Source: a virus (Duplodnaviria; Caudoviricetes). From it: a DNA stretch of 64,000 nt. Positions 59,562 through 64,000 of this stretch are shown here, piece after piece. The position numbers were made by a program, and so were the translations under genes. The DNA lies in the IMG/VR virus record IMGVR_UViG_3300005239_000039, positions 1 through 64,000 of that record; one strand, 5' to 3'. Position 1 is the stretch's first letter. Every line of letters starts with the position of its first letter. The notes beneath the pieces were generated by a model. It did not search any database. It was not told the origin of the DNA and worked only from the letters and a program-made list of their open reading frames with translations.

Positions 59562-60118
59562 GAGATAGAGTTTTCAAATACAAATTTGAAAAACATCATG
59601 ATCTTAAAGATATTTTGTTGGACAAAATTTCAAAATCACAATCTGAAACTATAGAAGAAGAGGAGAATGATAATAGTATTATCTCAAGTACAGATTTTTT
59701 TATTGGATTAAAACGAAAACACAAAGCTCCATATTATTGGTTTTTTGAAGAAAATCTTGATAATTTTTTTGAATTTTTATCTGAAAAATATTTCATGAAT
59801 ACTTGGAATATTGGACACGCATGGTATCAGCAATATGTAAATGGTGACAGTCATGACTGGCATATACACCCAGAGGCAAACCTGTCATATGTCTATTATC
59901 TGGAACTTGAAGATCCCAAGTATGCGACTCAGTTTTTTGATGCAGAAAAACAAGAGTTCTACCAACCAGAAGCGGAAGAAGGTGATATAATAGTGTTTGA
60001 CTCATACATCCCACACAGATCACCTAAGATCCAGTCCACAACTAGAAAGACAATTATCAGTTGTAATCTGTCTTTCGATTTTTCACTTGATGTTTCTCGA
60101 ATCAAATCTTTATTATGA
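59552..60118 (+). CDS. 2OG-Fe(II) oxygenase-like protein (HxH type)
   Basis: WHIHP..NLSYVYYL, FDSYIPHRS and RKTIISCN motifs. Confidence 0.78.
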   Translation: MDLRDRVFKYKFEKHHDLKDILLDKISKSQSETIEEEENDNSIISSTDFFIGLKRKHKAPYYWFFEENLDNFFEFLSEKYFMNTWNIGHAWYQQYVNGDSHDWHIHPEANLSYVYYLELEDPKYATQFFDAEKQEFYQPEAEEGDIIVFDSYIPHRSPKIQSTTRKTIISCNLSFDFSLDVSRIKSLL

Positions 60119-61055
60119 ATGACTTTCTCTGGGTTGAAAAGTATCGCCCTCAGACTATTGAAGATGTATTCTCCCTGAAGATATCAAGAAGACTTTTCAA
60201 GACTTCCTAGATAAAGGTGAGATACCTAATATGCTTCTTGCAGGTCCTGCAGGATGTGGTAAAACTACGGTAGCTAAAGCACTATGCAAAGAATTGGGAG
60301 TAGATTGTTATGTCATCAATGGATCCGATGAAGGACGATTTCTGGACACAGTTAGAAACCAAGCAAAGAACTTTGCTTCGACCGTATCACTTCAAGGCGT
60401 GGGCAAACCAAAAGTCATCATCATTGATGAGGCAGATAACACAACCCACGATGTACAACTCCTTCTACGGGCGAATATTGAGGCATTTTATAACAACTGC
60501 CGATTCATCTTCACCTGTAACTACAAAAACAGAATCATCGAACCACTTCACTCAAGATGTGCAGTCGTTGAATTCTCAACTCCAACAAAATCTAAACCAA
60601 AACTCGCGAGTAGTTTCTTCGGAAGAGCTCAACAGATCTTGGATACAGAAGGTGTTGAATACGATCCGAAAGTCCTTGCCCAGTTGATCAATAAGCATTT
60701 TCCTGATTGGAGACGTGTGCTGAATGAATTGCAAAGATACGCTGTCAGTGGTAAAATTGACTCTGGTATCCTTGCAACATTCTCTGATGTCAACATCGAT
60801 GGTCTCATGCGATCTCTCGCAGCAAAGAACTTCAAGGAGGTCCGTAAATGGGTCGTGAACAACCTGGACAATGATCCTGGTGTAATCCTCCGAAACGTCT
60901 ATGAGGCGCTTTATGAGCGCCTAGAGGGTCCATCTATTGCTGCAGCAGTCCTCATCATAGCTAAATACCAATACCAGATCGCATTCGTTGCCGATCAGGA
61001 AATCAACTTGCTAGCAGCACTAACCGAAATCATGGTAGAATGTAATTTCAAATGA
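60115..61055 (+). CDS. gp44: Clamp loader large subunit gp44; 1-nt deletion near 60165
   Basis: MNDFLWVEKYRPQTIED in one frame; restoring one T gives CILPEDIKKTF and joins GPAGCGKT and IIIDEAD. Confidence 0.95.
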
Positions 61056-61339
61056 ACGTAAAATTGATCCGTATGTGGTCTGGCGAAGATGTCGTTACAG
61101 ACCTAGTTGATGAGACAGACGATTCTGTTGTCATCTGTAATCCTATTGTTGCTGTTCCTGCAGGAAATGGTCAGATGGGATTTGCTCCATGGTCGCCTAT
61201 CCTCAAAGGAAAGGGTGAAGAGATTAATGTAACCAAAAAGTATGTGGTATACATTGCTGATGCTCAAGAACAAATTGTTGAGCAATACGAGGAAATGTTT
61301 TCTATCTTGAAGACGCCTAGCAAAAAATTGATTGTTTGA
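61052..61339 (+). CDS. Small Sm-like hypothetical protein (95 aa)
   Basis: KLIRMWSGEDV...NPI...FAPW pattern; fold assignment is inference. Confidence 0.65.
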   Translation: MNVKLIRMWSGEDVVTDLVDETDDSVVICNPIVAVPAGNGQMGFAPWSPILKGKGEEINVTKKYVVYIADAQEQIVEQYEEMFSILKTPSKKLIV

Positions 61340-62456
61340 ACACATGATTAATACGGTATCCCATGATGATGCACTTTGGGCCGCAGATGAATTCATCTCT
61401 TACTTTGAAAACCTGAATGGTATTGAGGACTATCTTCGCTATGTGAAGAAAGAAGTTCTTGATGGGATGTCTTCCGTATCATCATTTTCTGAGGATATTT
61501 TCAACTTTGATATTCATCCAGAAGACATGGAATTTTCTATGATTCCTGTTGGTAAGGGTGGACTTGATCAAAAGTACTATAAGAGTTTACTTGCATCCGT
61601 CTCTTCTCACAATAACGAATCTAATATTCCTGGAAGAGAACACAAGTGGATTGTAAAAGAGACCACGACTAATACTATTGTTGGATTCATCCGTCTTGGA
61701 TCTCCAACAATTAATTCCAAACCTAGGAATCTATGGCTTGGTAAGGCACCAGATCTTAGTCTGTTCAATCGTCATGCCTGTATGGGTTTTGTGATTGTTC
61801 CGACTCAACCTTTTGGATATAACTTTCTGGGTGGTAAGTTGCTTTCACTTATGTGTTGCTCTCACTTTGCCAGGGAGTTTATCAGTGAGAAATTTGAGAA
61901 AGATATTGCCCTATTTGAAACTACATCTCTTTATGGTTCAACCACATCAGCGTCTCAGTATGACGGTCTGAAACCTTTTGTTAGGTATCGTGGTTTGACT
62001 GAGAGTAAATTTACTCCATTACTTCATGATGCTCAATTTCATAAGTTACATGATCACTTCACCTATCTGAATGGTGGCAATCCTCTTACTGATAATAAAG
62101 CTTCATCTAAAAAGATGAAGAGGCAGACAAAGATGATTTCCATCATTAAAAACTCTCTCGATGATGTAGATAAGTTGACTCGTTTCAATCAAGTCATTGC
62201 ACAGGCATTTGCACTAACAGAAAAGAAGAGATTCTATACTTCTGAATTTGGTTATGAGAATGTTCGGGAGGTTCTATCTGGTGAAGAGAAGACTCTTCGT
62301 CATGGACAGAACTGGGAGAAACATGATCTGGATAACATTATCAAGTGGTGGAAAAAGAAAGCAGGTAAGCGTTATGAAAAACTCAAGTCTGAAGGGAGAT
62401 TTCGTAATGTGATCGAACTCTGGACTGAAACTGATGATATTCAAATTATTCGATGA
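61332..62456 (+). CDS. DruA/DUF4338-like protein (374 aa)
   Basis: PGR, VGFIRLGSP, PFGYNFLGGKLL and ETTSLYG motifs resemble DruA as recalled; start codon uncertain. Confidence 0.6.
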   Translation: MFEHMINTVSHDDALWAADEFISYFENLNGIEDYLRYVKKEVLDGMSSVSSFSEDIFNFDIHPEDMEFSMIPVGKGGLDQKYYKSLLASVSSHNNESNIPGREHKWIVKETTTNTIVGFIRLGSPTINSKPRNLWLGKAPDLSLFNRHACMGFVIVPTQPFGYNFLGGKLLSLMCCSHFAREFISEKFEKDIALFETTSLYGSTTSASQYDGLKPFVRYRGLTESKFTPLLHDAQFHKLHDHFTYLNGGNPLTDNKASSKKMKRQTKMISIIKNSLDDVDKLTRFNQVIAQAFALTEKKRFYTSEFGYENVREVLSGEEKTLRHGQNWEKHDLDNIIKWWKKKAGKRYEKLKSEGRFRNVIELWTETDDIQIIR

Positions 62457-62462
62457 AAACCA

Positions 62463-62603
62463 ATGAAATGTGAAGTTACTCTCTACAAAGTGGGCACAGT
62501 GTTCAAAGAACAAGTGATAGCTCGTGATTATGAAGATGCAAAAAGGGTTGCTATTGCAAGAAACCCTGGATCAACAATTGTCTCTGTTACCGCTAAATTT
62601 TAA
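62463..62603 (+). CDS. Small hypothetical protein (46 aa)
   Basis: Read manually: MKCEVTLYKV...SVTAKF; fills the gap before gp62. Confidence 0.65.
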   Translation: MKCEVTLYKVGTVFKEQVIARDYEDAKRVAIARNPGSTIVSVTAKF

Positions 62604-62605
62604 TT

Positions 62606-62986
62606 ATGGAATTGAAGGATTGGTTAAACTCTATTAACTTCAACAAAAACAATCTCGTCGAAGAGGATCCAGACTGTATCAGTAAATATCCCCCATTCAT
62701 TGTAAACAAATGTTTGTCTGGTGAACTTGATTCTCTGATGTATGCAAATGAAATGAATAAGGTTCATTTTTTACCAAAAAAGTTACAGTATGACTTTCTT
62801 CTAAATAGTCTCAGAAAGCGAAAGAGATTTTCTCCTTGGCTTCGTAAAGAAGATATCAAAGATCTTGAATGTGTGAAATCTTACTATGATTATAGTAATG
62901 AAAAAGCACTCCAGGCTTTGAAGATTCTGTCTAAAACACAGATCGATTTTATTAAATCCAAACTTGAGACTGGAGGAAAAAAGTGA
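62606..62986 (+). CDS. gp62: Clamp loader small subunit gp62
   Basis: YPPFIVNKCLS, LQYDFLLNS.RKRKRF and VKSYYDYSNEKA motifs. Confidence 0.93.
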   Translation: MELKDWLNSINFNKNNLVEEDPDCISKYPPFIVNKCLSGELDSLMYANEMNKVHFLPKKLQYDFLLNSLRKRKRFSPWLRKEDIKDLECVKSYYDYSNEKALQALKILSKTQIDFIKSKLETGGKK

Positions 62987-63420
62987 GCGTTATTAATGAG
63001 CCTGAAGTGAATTGGGCACCTGATCAAATGGTGCAGATTCTTCTTAATGAACCAGATGATTTTCTTAAGGTTCGTGAGACACTGACCCGAATTGGTGTTG
63101 CTTCTCGTAAAGAAAAAAAGTTATATCAATCTTGTCATATTTTGCATAAGCAAGGAAAGTATTATATTGTTCACTTTAAAGAACTCTTTGCTCTTGATGG
63201 AAAGAGAGCAAATCTGACTGTGAATGACGTACAGAGACGTAATCGTATTGTACAACTTCTCGCTGATTGGGGATTGATTTCAATTTGTGATGTTGAAAAG
63301 ATTACAAATATTGCACCTCTAAATCAAATTAAAGTTCTTGCTTATAAAGAGAAAGATGATTGGGAGTTGGAAACCAAATACAATCTGGGAAAACGCAAAA
63401 AACCTCAGGAAGCTGAATAA
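62983..63420 (+). CDS. regA: Translational repressor RegA
   Basis: DDFLKVRETLTRIGVAS and LYQSCHILHKQGKYYIVHFKEL motifs. Confidence 0.97.
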   Translation: MSVINEPEVNWAPDQMVQILLNEPDDFLKVRETLTRIGVASRKEKKLYQSCHILHKQGKYYIVHFKELFALDGKRANLTVNDVQRRNRIVQLLADWGLISICDVEKITNIAPLNQIKVLAYKEKDDWELETKYNLGKRKKPQEAE

Positions 63421-63470
63421 ATACTTGTGTGTCTTTTCGTGCGGCACACTCTACAATCGGAACACCCTAT

Positions 63471-63504
63471 AAAGAGGTTCGGTTATCACCGTTCCTCTTT
63501 TTTT
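63471..63504 (+). terminator. Terminator-like hairpin
   Basis: AAAGAGG-TT-CGGT-TATC-ACCG-TT-CCTCTTT followed by a T run. Confidence 0.75.
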
Positions 63505-63525
63505 GTCTTTGTGGTTAAATAGTAA

Positions 63526-63571
63526 TGGATGCCTTCGGGGTCCACAAAACACAAACTCGCTTTTAAAGGAG
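63526..63571 (+). promoter_or_regulatory. Structured 5' leader of hsp20
   Basis: TGGATGCC-TTCG-GGGTCCA hairpin and a CTCGCTTTTAAAGGAG stem that includes the SD sequence. Confidence 0.55.
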
Positions 63572-63580
63572 CTAAGAATC

Positions 63581-64000
63581 ATGGGAAACCTTGCACGGTA
63601 TACTGCTGCGGACCTGCCTGCACTGATGGAACGCATAAATAAGAATAGCATTGGAATGGATGAATACTTCGATAGATTGTTTGCTCTTCACGAAACAACA
63701 AAGAATTATCCTCCATTCAACCTAGTATCGGTCAGCAACGTAGAATCGAGATTAGAACTTGCTCTTGCAGGATTTAGAAAAGCAGAAGTAAATGTCTACA
63801 CACAAGACGGTAAACTCTTTGTCGAAGGACAAAAAGAGGATACCGAAACAGAAACCACCTATGTCCACAGAGGAATGGCTCAACGATCTTTCACCAGAAC
63901 TTGGACACTGGCAGAAGATACGGAAGTTAGATCAGTTAGCTTTGAGGATGGGTTGTTAACAATTGTTCTTGGTAGGATTGTACCTGAACATCATCAAAAG
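63581..64000 (+). CDS. hsp20: Small heat shock protein Hsp20 (runs off the window)
   Basis: Read manually: NYPPFNL, LELALAGF, HRGMAQRSF and FEDGLLTI motifs; AGGAG ribosome-binding site. Confidence 0.95.
   Translation, partial: MGNLARYTAADLPALMERINKNSIGMDEYFDRLFALHETTKNYPPFNLVSVSNVESRLELALAGFRKAEVNVYTQDGKLFVEGQKEDTETETTYVHRGMAQRSFTRTWTLAEDTEVRSVSFEDGLLTIVLGRIVPEHHQK

Noticed and set aside
1-64000. tRNA, rRNA, CRISPR array, integrase or transposase, photosystem genes
   Set aside because: None recognised by eye in this window; a tRNAscan/Infernal run would be needed to exclude them formally.

Overview
This window is a 64 kb segment of a T4-like marine cyanomyovirus genome (Kyanoviridae-type; host probably Synechococcus or Prochlorococcus, inferred from gene content). 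All credible genes are on the + strand. Gene order: baseplate (gp25, gp6, a 4760-aa gp7-like protein, gp8, a 2464-aa structural protein), neck (gp13-15), packaging (gp16, inserted genes, gp17), tail sheath and tube, portal, protease, scaffold and major capsid (gp18-23). Then gp3, uvsY, uvsW, gp55, gp47 and gp46, a cluster of small genes including purS, a peptidase/vWA plus CobS-like AAA pair, two 2OG-Fe(II) oxygenases, gp45, a DenV-like gene, gp44, a DruA-like protein, gp62, regA and a partial hsp20. Four genes appear broken by 1-2 nt homopolymer deletions, most likely sequencing artefacts. The most interesting observations are: (i) a modular protein and a small protein between gp16 and gp17 that carry T4 capsid-targeting-like sequences and Glu cleavage-like junctions, suggesting protease-processed internal virion peptides; (ii) a shared palindromic operator architecture at two promoters; (iii) a self-contained promoter/operator/Cys-rich mini-gene unit after gp23; (iv) back-to-back sigma70 promoters at gp55; (v) a DruA-like gene inside the clamp-loader operon; (vi) structured RNA elements between regA and hsp20. 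Family assignments come from motif recognition and synteny, not from database searches.
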